A DNA stretch of 64,000 nucleotides from contig OZ253947.1 in the NCBI GenBank assembly GCA_965267345.1, forward strand, positions 489,964 through 553,963. The letters are read 5' to 3'. Position numbers and translations under genes: made by a program. This DNA is from Minisyncoccota bacterium. GTDB lineage: Bacteria > Patescibacteriota > Minisyncoccia > Phycocordibacterales > UBA2100. Of this stretch, positions 9,684-20,958 are shown one piece after another. The notes under the pieces are model-generated. The model did no database searches and was not told the DNA's origin. It saw only the letters and a list, made by a program, of their open reading frames with translations. How positions within the stretch are numbered: position 1 is the stretch's first letter; the number at the start of each line of letters is the position of its first letter.

Positions 9684-10676
9684 ATGAACATACACATTCT
9701 GTATTCATTTAAAAAAGGACCTTGGGGAGGGGGTAATCAGTTTCTAAAAGCACTGAAAAAAGAACTCGTCACAATGGGCGCCTATTCTGATGAAATACAG
9801 CATGCCGACGTCGTACTTTTTAACAGCTTTCAGGACAGCCTCGCTGCCATTATCGCCCGCTGCCGCAACCCGCAGGCAGTATTTGTACATCGTGTCGACG
9901 GACCGGTACTGTATGTACGCGGCACCGACAGCATCGTCGACAAAAAGACGTTTGCTTTCAATGCACTCATTGCCGATGCGACAGTATTTCAATCACAATG
10001 GTGTAGAGAAATGTGCATTCGTGAAGGACTCACTCCTACACCACAGTCGACAGTAATCTACAATGCACCTGACGCCCAGCTCTTTACACCAAAAAAACGA
10101 AGTATCTTAGATGGGAAAATAAAGCTGGTTGCAACAAGTTGGTCATCAAACATGCGCAAAGGATTTGAGTACTATAAAGCACTCGATGAACAACTCGACT
10201 TTGATCGCTACACCATGACCTTCGTCGGCAATTCCCCCATTTCCTTCAAAAACATCGCTCATAAAAAGCCGATGTCATCTAAAGAACTCTCTCACGAACT
10301 ACGCCAGCACGACATTTACATCACCGCGAGCCAAACTGAACCGTGCTCAAACGCACTCATTGAAGCGCTCGCATCGGGACTTCCCGCAGTAGCGCACAAT
10401 AGTGGCGGTCACCCTGAACTCGTGCAAAAAGGTGGCGTCCTCTTTTCCACCACTGATGAATTGCTCGGTGGCATTGATGAGGTGGTGCAGCATTATGAGC
10501 ATTACACTTCGCACCTACCTGTTTTCGATAGCACCAAAACTGCACAGCAGTATCTTGCTTTTGCCGAAGAGACGCAGCGCGAGCGACGTACTATATTCCC
10601 TCTATTACTACGGTTTCTATGGTACGCTGCGCTGGAAGTGGCATCGCGCATCATGCGCAAATTCAAATTAGTATGA
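9684..10676 (+). CDS. Glycosyltransferase family 4
   Basis: GPWGGGNQF, EPCSNALIEAL.SGLP. Confidence 0.9.
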   Translation: MNIHILYSFKKGPWGGGNQFLKALKKELVTMGAYSDEIQHADVVLFNSFQDSLAAIIARCRNPQAVFVHRVDGPVLYVRGTDSIVDKKTFAFNALIADATVFQSQWCREMCIREGLTPTPQSTVIYNAPDAQLFTPKKRSILDGKIKLVATSWSSNMRKGFEYYKALDEQLDFDRYTMTFVGNSPISFKNIAHKKPMSSKELSHELRQHDIYITASQTEPCSNALIEALASGLPAVAHNSGGHPELVQKGGVLFSTTDELLGGIDEVVQHYEHYTSHLPVFDSTKTAQQYLAFAEETQRERRTIFPLLLRFLWYAALEVASRIMRKFKLV

Positions 10677-11782
10677 ACCTAGCAATTTTCCTCGCATTCA
10701 AGGAAGGCGCACAACAACTTGAAGACACTGGGCAACTTGAACGCATGCTCACCTACTATGTATATCCATACGCCAAGCACTTTGAGCACGTCTACATCTT
10801 CGGCTGGAACACACAGCCTTACAGTGTACCTAACGCACGTGTTACGTATGTACCTAATCCGGGGTGGCCTTTGTACATCTATCCGTTCGTACTCCCGTTT
10901 GTACATAGAAGCATTCTCGCCCATTGTGCACGTATTCGACTCATGCAAGCGACTGCGGTTATACCTGCCGTTATCGCGAAAATACGCTTCAAAAGTGCTG
11001 TGATTGCAACATATGGTTTCCCCTACGGTGCATTCCTGCGTATACGAAAACGATATGTACAGGCACTCCTTTGGACTATTGTGGAGCGACTATTCCTCTC
11101 GTTCGTTGATGTCTATATAACTACGTATGCTGGCACTGCAACTTATTTAAAAGAGCACGGTATACCTACAATGCGCATCCACCTTGCCCCGAATGGTGTC
11201 GACATCAATACGTTTAAGCCTTCATCAAAACCGAAATCTTCTGACACCATTGAACTGCTCTTTGTGGGGAGATTCGAACCTGAGAAAAACATCCTCGCGC
11301 TCGCGCATGCGCTCGCGCTCCTTGCTCAACATTACTCATTCCACATAACCCTCATTGGACGCGGGGCACTCGAAGATGCAGCGCGAGACATCCTTGATGA
11401 CAACGGAGTGTCCTATACGCTCACCGGGACGGTACCTCACGCTTCCCTAGTTCAGCATTACCAAAACACCGACATTTTCGTACTTCCTTCGCTTGCTGAA
11501 GGTTACCCCAAGGTTCTCGTTGAAGCACTTGCTTGCGGGTGTGCATGTGTTGTGGGCGCATATCTTGGACATGAACAAATTATAGAGGATGGCACAAATG
11601 GAATCGTGTGCGGTCACACACCAGAGGAAATTGCCGATGCGCTTAGTGCGCTTATCGAAGACCAGCAGCTTCGACAAAAAATTGGTGCCTCTGCGCGCCA
11701 ATTCGCCGTCGCACACAACAACATACACACTATTGTTGCCGAAGAAATAAAATTGATACAATCGCCTTATGAAAACACTTAA
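10673..11782 (+). CDS. Glycosyltransferase family 4
   Basis: VGRFEPEKN, LPSLAEGYPKVLVEALACG. Confidence 0.92.
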   Translation: MNLAIFLAFKEGAQQLEDTGQLERMLTYYVYPYAKHFEHVYIFGWNTQPYSVPNARVTYVPNPGWPLYIYPFVLPFVHRSILAHCARIRLMQATAVIPAVIAKIRFKSAVIATYGFPYGAFLRIRKRYVQALLWTIVERLFLSFVDVYITTYAGTATYLKEHGIPTMRIHLAPNGVDINTFKPSSKPKSSDTIELLFVGRFEPEKNILALAHALALLAQHYSFHITLIGRGALEDAARDILDDNGVSYTLTGTVPHASLVQHYQNTDIFVLPSLAEGYPKVLVEALACGCACVVGAYLGHEQIIEDGTNGIVCGHTPEEIADALSALIEDQQLRQKIGASARQFAVAHNNIHTIVAEEIKLIQSPYENT

Positions 11783-12542
11783 ACGACTACTGATTCGAAC
11801 TGTCCGTTACATTAACTGGCTTGGGTCTGGCCTCTCTATCAGGCTCACCTACTGGACGAGAAAGTCGCCTCAACCAATCCACCCGAAGCATTTCCTCTCG
11901 GAAACACCTATGTGGCTCCCATACTTTGAGCGCAAGGATCGAGTACTTGATATCGGGTGCCACAATGGGCAGCGCGACTTCAAACTTGCACCGTACGTCG
12001 AGCACATTACAGCATTCGACTATGATGAGACCATGCTTGCGCAAGCAAGGGCATGGGGCACGCAAAACGGTGTCACAAATATTGAATTTCTGGAGCTCTC
12101 CGCTGAGGAGAAGCTGCCGTTTCCTGATCACTCGTTTGATAAAATCCTTTTTTTGGACGTACTTGAGCATCTCTACAACCGGGAACAAATCATGCGAGAG
12201 TGCCGCAGGGTACTGAAGCCAGGCGGAAAGATGATTGTCACCATTCCAAATACAGAGACGACATGGAAAAAATTCCAGCGGAGTGCCGGCATGAATTCAT
12301 TCTCGGATCCGGATCATAAAATAGAATACTCCGAGCAGGAAATACGCGCAGTGCACAAAGAGGCAGGATTCACCATTGTAGAAGTACATCCGATTGTATA
12401 TGACTTCCCACTCAATGGCCTCATCGACTTCACTGGCGGCATCAATCTTTGGCTATATCGCCACCTTGCCGCATGGCGCCGCGATGCAGTGAAGCAGCAC
12501 CCCGAGGAAACAATAGGATTTATGGTGATTTCAAACACATGA
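11769..12542 (+). CDS. Class I SAM-dependent methyltransferase (type 11)
   Basis: VLDIGC.NG, LPFPD.SFD, DVLEHL, RVLKPGG. Confidence 0.92.
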   Translation: MKTLKRLLIRTVRYINWLGSGLSIRLTYWTRKSPQPIHPKHFLSETPMWLPYFERKDRVLDIGCHNGQRDFKLAPYVEHITAFDYDETMLAQARAWGTQNGVTNIEFLELSAEEKLPFPDHSFDKILFLDVLEHLYNREQIMRECRRVLKPGGKMIVTIPNTETTWKKFQRSAGMNSFSDPDHKIEYSEQEIRAVHKEAGFTIVEVHPIVYDFPLNGLIDFTGGINLWLYRHLAAWRRDAVKQHPEETIGFMVISNT

Positions 12543-13654
12543 CAAATATACTCTGCATCTTCTCTAAGAAAAAAGATTTCGAGCACATGGGGCCATACTC
12601 GTTCCCCGTCACTTTTTTTGGGTACGATTCGCTCGTAGCCGACCCTGCGTTCACAACGAAGCGCCTTGATATATACAAAGAGGCTAGCTTTCGCTGGCTG
12701 ATACGCTACCCAATTTGGATTCTGTGGCGCCCTTTTGAACTTCTCTTCTATCGCCTCACTGGTGTGGGATTCGCCCTTGGACAAATTCTTCACCATCGCC
12801 GCTATATCAACACGTTTGATATCGTCTACGGCATTAATGACACCTCGGGCATCCCACTCTCGCTTCTAAAGCGACTACATCTCATCAAACCACCAGTAGT
12901 ATTTGTCTCAGCGGGATTGATAAATAATATGTATGCGCACCCTCGCGATCCTCGCACGCACCTACTGCGCTTTGCGTTGTGCGGTGCAACGTGCGTCTTT
13001 GCGTGGTCACCACACGAGCAGCACCTGTTTGAAGCGTGGGGTATATCTTCGACGCACCTGCCACTTGAAGCAGATACTCGCCTTTTCAGCCCAGACCCCT
13101 CTATTCCACGAGAAGACTTCATTCTTTTTTCTGGACGCGATATTGGTCGGGACACTGCAACCCTTATTGAGGTACTGAAAGAAACGGGGCTCCCCGCAGT
13201 ATTCATTACCAACAGAAGTCTTTTACCAAAAGGCGAGCTTCCAGCGAATATCACACTTATCACCGATTATATTTCATACGATGAACTGAAGAACTACTAC
13301 AATCGCGCGCGACTTGTCGTGGTGCCTGTAAAAGAAATCGGTCGTTTCTCAGGACAAACGTCACTCCTTGAAGCACTCGCCATGGGTAAGGCGACAATCG
13401 CTGCGCGCACAAAGGCATGCACAAGTGCATACCCTACCCTCACTGGCAACACACACCTGCTCTGGTACGAGCCGGAGAACGAACGCGACCTCAAAGAGAA
13501 GGTGCTCGCTCTTCACAACGATCCTTCCATGCAAGAGTCCCTTGGCGAACACGGAAGAGAATTCGTTGAATTATTGCCTCAAGAGTGGCTTTATACGACT
13601 CTTAAGAAAAATCTCTTTACGTTCGCGAAAAAGTTACGTACGCCAGAGGTATAG
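12539..13654 (+). CDS. Glycosyltransferase family 4
   Basis: SGQTSLLEALAMGK C-terminal GT-B motif. Confidence 0.85.
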   Translation: MTNILCIFSKKKDFEHMGPYSFPVTFFGYDSLVADPAFTTKRLDIYKEASFRWLIRYPIWILWRPFELLFYRLTGVGFALGQILHHRRYINTFDIVYGINDTSGIPLSLLKRLHLIKPPVVFVSAGLINNMYAHPRDPRTHLLRFALCGATCVFAWSPHEQHLFEAWGISSTHLPLEADTRLFSPDPSIPREDFILFSGRDIGRDTATLIEVLKETGLPAVFITNRSLLPKGELPANITLITDYISYDELKNYYNRARLVVVPVKEIGRFSGQTSLLEALAMGKATIAARTKACTSAYPTLTGNTHLLWYEPENERDLKEKVLALHNDPSMQESLGEHGREFVELLPQEWLYTTLKKNLFTFAKKLRTPEV

Positions 13655-14446
13655 TGGAGCTTTGATTGCAATACTTTTTCCAAAACGCTCCGCAACAGCA
13701 TAATTAAAGTCCATATCCGCCCCCCTGCCTTTTCTACTCGGTCGTGTACGTTCCCAGAGTGGACGAAAACAAACCGCATCAAAAACCTCACGGCGCACCA
13801 TAGCCGTATTCCCTGAACATGGATAGGGCTTTATATCACACCAAAACAACTTCCTCCCCAGGCGTTTAATAAGCCGAATAGGGTGTATATTTATAGACCG
13901 GTACGAAAGTGGGTCCCGCAACCATCGAGGAATAGGTTTATTTTCTTTGGCTAGTTTGTTTATCTCATCAAATCCAAGTACTCCAACTGTATTAAGGTCT
14001 ACGGGCAGTTCTCTCCCAACCATCTCCTCAACACCCTCTTGTGGGTGCTCATAGTCGACCACTGCGTGCATCGCCCCATACTTCTGCAGCAATTCATACT
14101 GTATTTCTATACGATTAGCATACGACAGGTCGTCAGCATCCTGAAAAGTGATGACTTCCCCGTTCGCTTTTTCAACTCCATGGTTACGTGCACTGTATCC
14201 AGCGTTAATGTTCACTCCAATTCTGTTGAGTCGATATGGATCATCGCTCTCTATCTCAACACGGTGAATGCGACTGTCTTTAGCAACACACTTGTCCACG
14301 ACAGTCTGCGTCCCGTCTGTACTCTTGTCGTCGACAACGATTATCTCAATATGCGGATATGTTTGAGTACATAACGATTCGAGCGCGGCAGCAATAGTTG
14401 GGGCATTATTATGCGTCGGGACGATAATGGAAATAAGTGGCTTCAT
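13634..14446 (-). CDS. Glycosyltransferase family 2
   Basis: ISIIVPTHN, VDD.STD, FQDADD. Confidence 0.9.
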   Translation of the reverse strand: MKPLISIIVPTHNNAPTIAAALESLCTQTYPHIEIIVVDDKSTDGTQTVVDKCVAKDSRIHRVEIESDDPYRLNRIGVNINAGYSARNHGVEKANGEVITFQDADDLSYANRIEIQYELLQKYGAMHAVVDYEHPQEGVEEMVGRELPVDLNTVGVLGFDEINKLAKENKPIPRWLRDPLSYRSINIHPIRLIKRLGRKLFWCDIKPYPCSGNTAMVRREVFDAVCFRPLWERTRPSRKGRGADMDFNYAVAERFGKSIAIKAPLYLWRT

Positions 14447-14448
14447 GG

Positions 14449-16005
14449 CTACCGAAATATCTTACTTAAAACAAAGTTTTGCTCCGACTTTAACAGACCA
14501 CATCGAAATGTAACGTAGAGGAATGCACATATATGTATCATGGCAACGCCAGCACTCCATACACTTATTTCAAGATGCTGCATAAGCACCACGCCAACGA
14601 AAGAAAAAACTAATACGGGCACAAACATCCGACGCACAAAGTCAAAAAAGACTTTGTGCGGATGCACGCCCAATCTTCGATAAAGCATGAGTGGGAGCCA
14701 CACTCCGACGATTAGCATATTCGCCACCGCCATGGCAATGGGTATGCCAGCGATTCCTAATTTTGGTACAAAAAAGATGTATAGGAGCACTGCCGCAGCA
14801 AGATGGATAATTGAAACGCCTGCTAGCATACGGTACCAGCCCATAGCTTGGGAAAATTCCACGTGCGGCCCCGTCCATCCATACGTAATGAATAAAGCTG
14901 CTAACCCTAAGAGAACATCAAAGCCCATAAGGAAATCTTCGCCTACCCACAACACTATTGCCGGGCGTGCATATATAAATATGACTGCGACAATGCTGAC
15001 ACGAGCCACAAGGCTTAAGCGCAACATTCTTTGGTAAAGTAGCTGGAGCGTCTTGGTATCTTGTTTAGTGGAAATCTCAACCGCACTCGAAAAAAGAGCA
15101 TCCGTCACCTTTGTCCCCATTGAGGGAAGTTGGAAAAGACGAAAGGCTACGTAGTAAGCTGCAAGAGACGAAAGTCCCAAAAAGTAAGACGCTGCCAGCG
15201 CGTCACTCTTTCCAATGAACGCCGCAGCGCCAGCACTCACAACAAGGGCTGGGCTATATTGCAATAATTTTCGTACAGAGCGAAAAGAGTCTTTCGTTAC
15301 TTTCCATGACACTAGTGCATTAAATCGACTCCATTCATACATCAGCAACGCAAAGCGTATCAGGGCGCTCCCGAACAAAAACCAGGTAATAGAAATGAGC
15401 GAAGGCTGTGTTAGCAAAAATAGTACATACGCTACTCCAAAGACTGCAGTGTATAGAATGGAGACTCCATTATACGTAGGGACTTGGTTGCAACCCTGAA
15501 ATCCTGCTCGAATGACTCCCGATAAGAGCGTATTTACCGCCCATGTCCCTGCCGTAAGAAAAAAGACGAAACCTGCTATGGTTTGCAGCGCGCTTGGCAC
15601 ACCTAATATACTTAGTATCGGAATACCCGCTAACTGAAGTACCGCAACCAATGTAATTGCAAAAAATGCAACGGCCACTAGCAATCCCATTGCAACTATT
15701 AACACACCTCCGCTTTGGGCTAGACGCTGCTTAGCACGATCTCCACTAACTGCATGAACAAGTGTTCTGAGTAAACCGAGATCTGCAAATCCTAGTATAC
15801 CCACGAAAGACCCAGCGAGAATCAACAACCCATATTGCTCCTTCCCCACGGCATTAATAACTAGCGGGATAGTGACGAAAGCAATGAATGCCGATACCAA
15901 AGAATGCAATGTGTTAGTGATTGACCCTCGTGCAATGAGTTTTGCATGATCAGCCTCACTGACTGCTCGATGGATGCTAAATATATGTTGTAGGTTAGAC
16001 CACAT
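14449..16005 (-). CDS. Wzx/MOP-family oligosaccharide flippase
   Basis: ~14 TM; G.EQYG...L...DLGL pattern; within glycan cluster. Confidence 0.85.
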   Translation of the reverse strand: MWSNLQHIFSIHRAVSEADHAKLIARGSITNTLHSLVSAFIAFVTIPLVINAVGKEQYGLLILAGSFVGILGFADLGLLRTLVHAVSGDRAKQRLAQSGGVLIVAMGLLVAVAFFAITLVAVLQLAGIPILSILGVPSALQTIAGFVFFLTAGTWAVNTLLSGVIRAGFQGCNQVPTYNGVSILYTAVFGVAYVLFLLTQPSLISITWFLFGSALIRFALLMYEWSRFNALVSWKVTKDSFRSVRKLLQYSPALVVSAGAAAFIGKSDALAASYFLGLSSLAAYYVAFRLFQLPSMGTKVTDALFSSAVEISTKQDTKTLQLLYQRMLRLSLVARVSIVAVIFIYARPAIVLWVGEDFLMGFDVLLGLAALFITYGWTGPHVEFSQAMGWYRMLAGVSIIHLAAAVLLYIFFVPKLGIAGIPIAMAVANMLIVGVWLPLMLYRRLGVHPHKVFFDFVRRMFVPVLVFSFVGVVLMQHLEISVWSAGVAMIHICAFLYVTFRCGLLKSEQNFVLSKIFR

Positions 16006-17029
16006 GTGTTCCCAGTGATGACTGTATTTCTTTCCAAGTACGTTCAGCATTAAATTTTTTCAGTGCCTGAACGGCTTGCTTATTCATATCTTGTAGTACA
16101 CTTGGTTGCAAAGAAGAGGCCTTTCGCACCTTTTGATATAAATCATAGTAACTTCGGTCCTTTGCAATAAAGCTATTTGAATGATTCATCCATTCCCAAT
16201 CACCATTTTTAGCAAAACCTACTATCACGCAACCGCTCAGCGCCGCTTCGGCTGGCGGAAGTGGGAAACCTTCATCGTAGCGACTACCCGCATACGTAAC
16301 CTTGGTGCGTCGATCAACACACCCCTTTGTGAGCAAATACTTTCCCCATGCGCGTAATTTCTTTTTTAGATTTGGTTGGTATCCAATGGCAGTATGGAGA
16401 AAGAGATTTCTGTGCGACGCCTCCGCGGCAAAATCGTCCTCAGTAAATTTACCACTAAGTAAATGTATGTTTTCTTTTCCGAATATGCCCCTAATGAATG
16501 TAACGTACATAGCTCCTTTGCGAGAAAGCGCCAACGTCCCTGAACGCTCTTTGTTTTTGCGGACGTTAGCATAGTACTGGTGATCGAAGTACGGGTGCAC
16601 AATATCGCATTGTACTTGGTATTTTTTTTCCAAAATATTCTTGTTGCTCTCGCTCACAGACCAGAAGTGGGTATATCCCGAGTCAGAGTTGAAAACTCTA
16701 TCTCCAACGAGAGTCTCTCCTTCTAAGAAAAAATTGCACTGCGGATAAAATATCTTAACATCAGCCGGACAATCCCTAACAAGTTCCATGGCCTCCTTGT
16801 CTGGCCATGTGCCAATAACAATATCGCTCGACGTACACATTTCCGCCATTGCGTCATTACTTAGTATTGGCGCTGATCCGCGAAGCCACGAAGGAGTGTA
16901 TACTTCTTTTCTAGGTGAAAAAATGAAAGCATCAAAACCATTGCGTAAAAATAGACACGCAAGCATATGATTCACTTTTCCACCACCCGACGGCCGATTG
17001 TGGGCACTTTGTATAAAGACTCTTTTCAT
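15995..17029 (-). CDS. GT-B fold glycosyltransferase-like protein
   Basis: SGG.KV N-terminus and EGFPLPPAEA..SGC motif. Confidence 0.75.
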   Translation of the reverse strand: MKRVFIQSAHNRPSGGGKVNHMLACLFLRNGFDAFIFSPRKEVYTPSWLRGSAPILSNDAMAEMCTSSDIVIGTWPDKEAMELVRDCPADVKIFYPQCNFFLEGETLVGDRVFNSDSGYTHFWSVSESNKNILEKKYQVQCDIVHPYFDHQYYANVRKNKERSGTLALSRKGAMYVTFIRGIFGKENIHLLSGKFTEDDFAAEASHRNLFLHTAIGYQPNLKKKLRAWGKYLLTKGCVDRRTKVTYAGSRYDEGFPLPPAEAALSGCVIVGFAKNGDWEWMNHSNSFIAKDRSYYDLYQKVRKASSLQPSVLQDMNKQAVQALKKFNAERTWKEIQSSLGTHVV

Positions 17030-17889
17030 TTCAACTTGGAAGGTGCAGGAATGAAGAATACATTTTGTATGCGATCATGGTCGCCATCCGTATATGAACG
17101 AAGGGTACGTGAAGAGCGATCGATGACAAAAGGTTTGTAATTAAACTCCTGCATGAATTTAAGAACATCCGTTATCGTAACATTGTACGCGTTCAGGTTC
17201 TGAGAGAATAGCTCAATCAACAAAAGATCAACTGCCTCTCTCCTCAATAAACCAGCGGCTCCGCGCAATACTGCCATCTCACTCCCTTCTACATCAATCT
17301 TTAAGAAATGGATCTTAGATATGCTTTTGTTGCTAGCGTACATATCTAAGGTGGTTGTTTCGACTGTACATCTCGCATCCTCGCGAACCCGACCCGTACC
17401 CCTAAAAGATGAAAAGCCGGAATCTCTCGCGATAGAAAAATTTTGCGTCCCGGCTTTATCAGAAAGAGCGACTTGATTAAGGAGTGCTCGACGATCCCAT
17501 CCATTTAAACATATATTCGTCTCGCAGAGCGCCTTGGGTAAGGGTGCTGGTTCGAAACAATGAACTCTAGCTTTAGGTGCAACACTCGCACATAACAAAG
17601 ACCAGTATCCGACGTTGGAACCCACATCAACCACTGTCGCATTTCGGTCTAATGTGGAAGTTACATACGTTGCCTCTAAGCTTTCAAACCTACCGAGTGC
17701 CTTAAGCTGAATGCCCACACTGTCGTGAACCAGAACGAGCATACGAAAATTTCCCAGAGAAGCCTCTGCAACACGTTGTTTCTTAAATGCAGCACGCACT
17801 AGAACAATACGAAATTGGTCGGAAATATTTATAAGTCTCACCGCCAAACTCTGCCACGCAGATGCGACAAACCGAAACAATCTTTTCAT
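17026..17889 (-). CDS. FkbM family methyltransferase
   Basis: DVG(S)NVG, FEP, KIDVEGSE..VL.G. Confidence 0.93.
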   Translation of the reverse strand: MKRLFRFVASAWQSLAVRLINISDQFRIVLVRAAFKKQRVAEASLGNFRMLVLVHDSVGIQLKALGRFESLEATYVTSTLDRNATVVDVGSNVGYWSLLCASVAPKARVHCFEPAPLPKALCETNICLNGWDRRALLNQVALSDKAGTQNFSIARDSGFSSFRGTGRVREDARCTVETTTLDMYASNKSISKIHFLKIDVEGSEMAVLRGAAGLLRREAVDLLLIELFSQNLNAYNVTITDVLKFMQEFNYKPFVIDRSSRTLRSYTDGDHDRIQNVFFIPAPSKLK

Positions 17890-18869
17890 GTTGCATCACT
17901 TTTCCTAGCTTGTGCGGCAACCCAGACATACGTCTTCTCAAGACCCGTAGAAAGCTTCTGCGTTGGCGCCCAGTCAAGCTCTTTCTTAATGAGAGCGTTG
18001 TCAGACGTTCTACCACGCACGCCAAGTGGGCCCTCTACATGTTTAATAGAAATTTCCTTGTTTGCAATAGCGGCAACCATTTCCGCTAACTCGTTAATAC
18101 TTACCATTTCGTCCGAGCCAATATTTACTGGCCCATGGAAATCCGGATGCTCCATAAGGCGACACACCCCTTCAAGACACTCGTCGACGTAAAGAAATGA
18201 GCGCGTTTGTTTACCATCCCCCCACACTTCGATTTCTCCCCCGTCTTCAGCCTCGGCAACCTTGCGGCACATCGCAGCAGGTGCTTTCTCGCGCCCGCCA
18301 CGCCATGTGCCCTCTGGTCCAAAAATATTATGAAAGCGCGCTATGCGTACATCAAGCCCATGATTGCGCAAAAAGGAAAGATACAGCCGCTCGCTAAAGA
18401 GCTTCTCCCATCCATACTCACTATCAGGTGCCGCTGGATACGCTGAGGCTTCTTCGCAATGAGGATTGTCAGGGTCAAGCTGGTTGCGTTCTGGATATAT
18501 ACACGCAGAGGAAGAATAAAATACTTTTCCTACTTTTCTCTCAACACCGAAGTGCGCCATATGTAAATTTATCATGGCTGAGTTATGCATGACGTGTGCA
18601 TCATTTTCACCAGTGAAAATGTACCCTGCACCCCCCATATCAGCTGCGAGTTGATATGCTTCGTCAAACGGCCTGTCAAGAATGTACTCCCAGACCTTTA
18701 CGTCACGCAAATCACCAACCACAAAATCGTCGGCGGCTGACGTAGAGAATTCAGGCTCTTTTAAATCAACGCCGCGCACCCAATATCCTTCGCTTTTAAG
18801 ACGACGGACGAGGTGGCTTCCAATAAAACCACCAGCTCCACACACCAAGGCTGTCTTTTGTTTGCTCAT
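17886..18869 (-). CDS. NAD-dependent epimerase, GDP-mannose 3,5-epimerase-like
   Basis: GAGGFIG, QLAADMGG.G.I, SSACIYP, YGWEKL, GGREKAPAA.CRK. Confidence 0.9.
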   Translation of the reverse strand: MSKQKTALVCGAGGFIGSHLVRRLKSEGYWVRGVDLKEPEFSTSAADDFVVGDLRDVKVWEYILDRPFDEAYQLAADMGGAGYIFTGENDAHVMHNSAMINLHMAHFGVERKVGKVFYSSSACIYPERNQLDPDNPHCEEASAYPAAPDSEYGWEKLFSERLYLSFLRNHGLDVRIARFHNIFGPEGTWRGGREKAPAAMCRKVAEAEDGGEIEVWGDGKQTRSFLYVDECLEGVCRLMEHPDFHGPVNIGSDEMVSINELAEMVAAIANKEISIKHVEGPLGVRGRTSDNALIKKELDWAPTQKLSTGLEKTYVWVAAQARKSDAT

Positions 18870-18913
18870 ATACCCTTTTAGATTATATTCAGCTTAGCAC
18901 ACTAAAATAGAGA

Positions 18914-20053
18914 TCAGCTATATATTTGAAGATACTCTTGCGCCTGCTTTGATGTACTAAATTGGGCCGCATGTGCCGAATTACCAACCGCAAGCTCCTG
19001 CCTAAGCTCTGGATGCTCGTAGAGGCGAATAAGGCGCTCATTGAACGCCTGATGATCGTTCAGAGGAAATACTTGAAACAACGCATGCGCAAACTGTTCA
19101 CGAGCGCCACCAACATCACTTGCAAGCACAGGCACTCCAACATGCAATGCTTCTGTAAGCGAGATGGAAAATCCTTCAAAACGCGATGGCAACACAAATA
19201 CGTCAAACGCCTTCATATAGGTGGCGGCATTAGGTATCCCTCCTGCAAAAAGCACCTTTTCACACACGCCTTTGTCCTGCGCCCGCTTTAAAAGAAACGC
19301 CCGCTCAGGACCATCGCCAAGGAGCAATACACGAAGGTCTCTGTACGCTGCAGGCAGCTGTGCAAGTGCATCAATAAGAAATTCATAGTTCTTGGGCGTA
19401 TCTAAACGGCCGATTGATCCAACAATGAACTCTGGTAGCCTTTTCCCAAGACACGTTTCGAGCCATGCACGCGCCTGTTTTCGTGAAAGTAGAGTGTCGC
19501 CTAGTTCAATGCCATTGAAAATGATATGACCTTTATTCACTATATGGTGTGCTTTCGCGTCAACATAATTGCGCTCACTTACAAATACACACTCGTCCAC
19601 CCATCTCAACGTCGCCTGCAACACGAGTGCGTATACTACCTTGAGCATCAAGGGATCTCGTGCGGTTTCCTCTAACAGCGAAAGGCCGTGAAAAGTAAAT
19701 ATTGTTTTCGGCTTTTGAGGAACCAACTTCGCAGCAACGGCGGCAAATAGTGCGTTTGAGCTGTTGATGTGCACCGTTGTGAAGTGCTTTTGTTTGATGA
19801 AGCGTCGCGCCTCAAAAATGAAAAAGAGGTTCGCGAATGGATTGTATGTACGCCCGAGCCAGGCAAAGCGATGTGTCGGAATTCCCTCTTTTTTGCACTC
19901 ACCCTCAAGCCACTCCCCATCCCCGAAGGCGACCGTGACGTTTTCGCTTCTTCGCTGCAGTTCTCGTGCGAGATTCAAGACGGATGTTTGTGCTCCTCCT
20001 ACCACAGCTCGTGTAACGATAATTAGGATATTCTTATCCGACGAAGCCTTCAT
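18914..20053 (-). CDS. Glycosyltransferase family 4
   Basis: GGAQ, GRL...KN, LPSRFEGF....EA. Confidence 0.92.
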   Translation of the reverse strand: MKASSDKNILIIVTRAVVGGAQTSVLNLARELQRRSENVTVAFGDGEWLEGECKKEGIPTHRFAWLGRTYNPFANLFFIFEARRFIKQKHFTTVHINSSNALFAAVAAKLVPQKPKTIFTFHGLSLLEETARDPLMLKVVYALVLQATLRWVDECVFVSERNYVDAKAHHIVNKGHIIFNGIELGDTLLSRKQARAWLETCLGKRLPEFIVGSIGRLDTPKNYEFLIDALAQLPAAYRDLRVLLLGDGPERAFLLKRAQDKGVCEKVLFAGGIPNAATYMKAFDVFVLPSRFEGFSISLTEALHVGVPVLASDVGGAREQFAHALFQVFPLNDHQAFNERLIRLYEHPELRQELAVGNSAHAAQFSTSKQAQEYLQIYS

Positions 20054-20064
20054 AATGAGAGAGT

Positions 20065-20958
20065 TTAAGATCTTAATCTGAAAGGATTTTTGTTGGCACG
20101 CGCCCAGTGATTGTTTTCAGTATCATATACAACAAAACGATGAGAAAACCTAGACACAAAAGGTAAATATTCAAAAGCGCGATCGGGAATGAATCTCCAA
20201 ATCCACCGCGTTGCATATAAGAATCGATAGGAAAACGTTTCTGCCCTGAAGCTTAACGAGGTGCGTTTTTTGAGTCGCTTTACGGCTCGTGTAGCGTACG
20301 ACATAAATTCGGCGCGCCGCAAGACACTCTGTCCCTCCGCGATCTTTCGATAGGCACCAACAATGCTTGGGACGTGATAGAGTTCGAATCCTGCGCGGAA
20401 TAATTCAACCCAGAGACCAATGTCAAAGGCCCATGTATCTTCATCTTGCAACCCACCCACCTTCTTCCAGGCAATGCTCCTGACAAAGGTTGATTCCTGC
20501 TGTATGATTTGCCACTTCCCAATTGCAAAATCATATTTATTTTTCCTGAACGAACGAACATTCACCACCATGCCCTCCTCGTTAATGGTTGTAGCGAGTC
20601 CGGTGAGCCAATGTATGTCTCGATGTGCCCTGAAGATTGCCCCTACTGTCGACAAACTTTTGGGCAAAAGTATGTTTTTATCATTGAGCCAGCCATATAT
20701 TTCTCCTGTCCCCTTACTAAATCCATAATTAATCGCATGAATTGGACTCTTGCGATACCCAGGAAGCTGTTCGCAATAGGTAAGCTTCTCTCTATATTCT
20801 TGGATTATATCCCAGCTTTTATCTGTCGATCCGTCGTCAATAACTATGTACTCAAGGTTCGGATAGTCTTGTGCAAGAACAGACTCTATGGTTTCTCGTA
20901 TATATCGTTCTCGATTAAAACACGGAGTTACTATCGTTATCTTCGGAAGTGCACTCAT
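20065..20958 (-). CDS. Glycosyltransferase family 2 (WcaE-like)
   Basis: ITIVTPCFN...I.ETI.SVL.QDYPNLEYIVIDDGSTD. Confidence 0.92.
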   Translation of the reverse strand: MSALPKITIVTPCFNRERYIRETIESVLAQDYPNLEYIVIDDGSTDKSWDIIQEYREKLTYCEQLPGYRKSPIHAINYGFSKGTGEIYGWLNDKNILLPKSLSTVGAIFRAHRDIHWLTGLATTINEEGMVVNVRSFRKNKYDFAIGKWQIIQQESTFVRSIAWKKVGGLQDEDTWAFDIGLWVELFRAGFELYHVPSIVGAYRKIAEGQSVLRRAEFMSYATRAVKRLKKRTSLSFRAETFSYRFLYATRWIWRFIPDRAFEYLPFVSRFSHRFVVYDTENNHWARANKNPFRLRS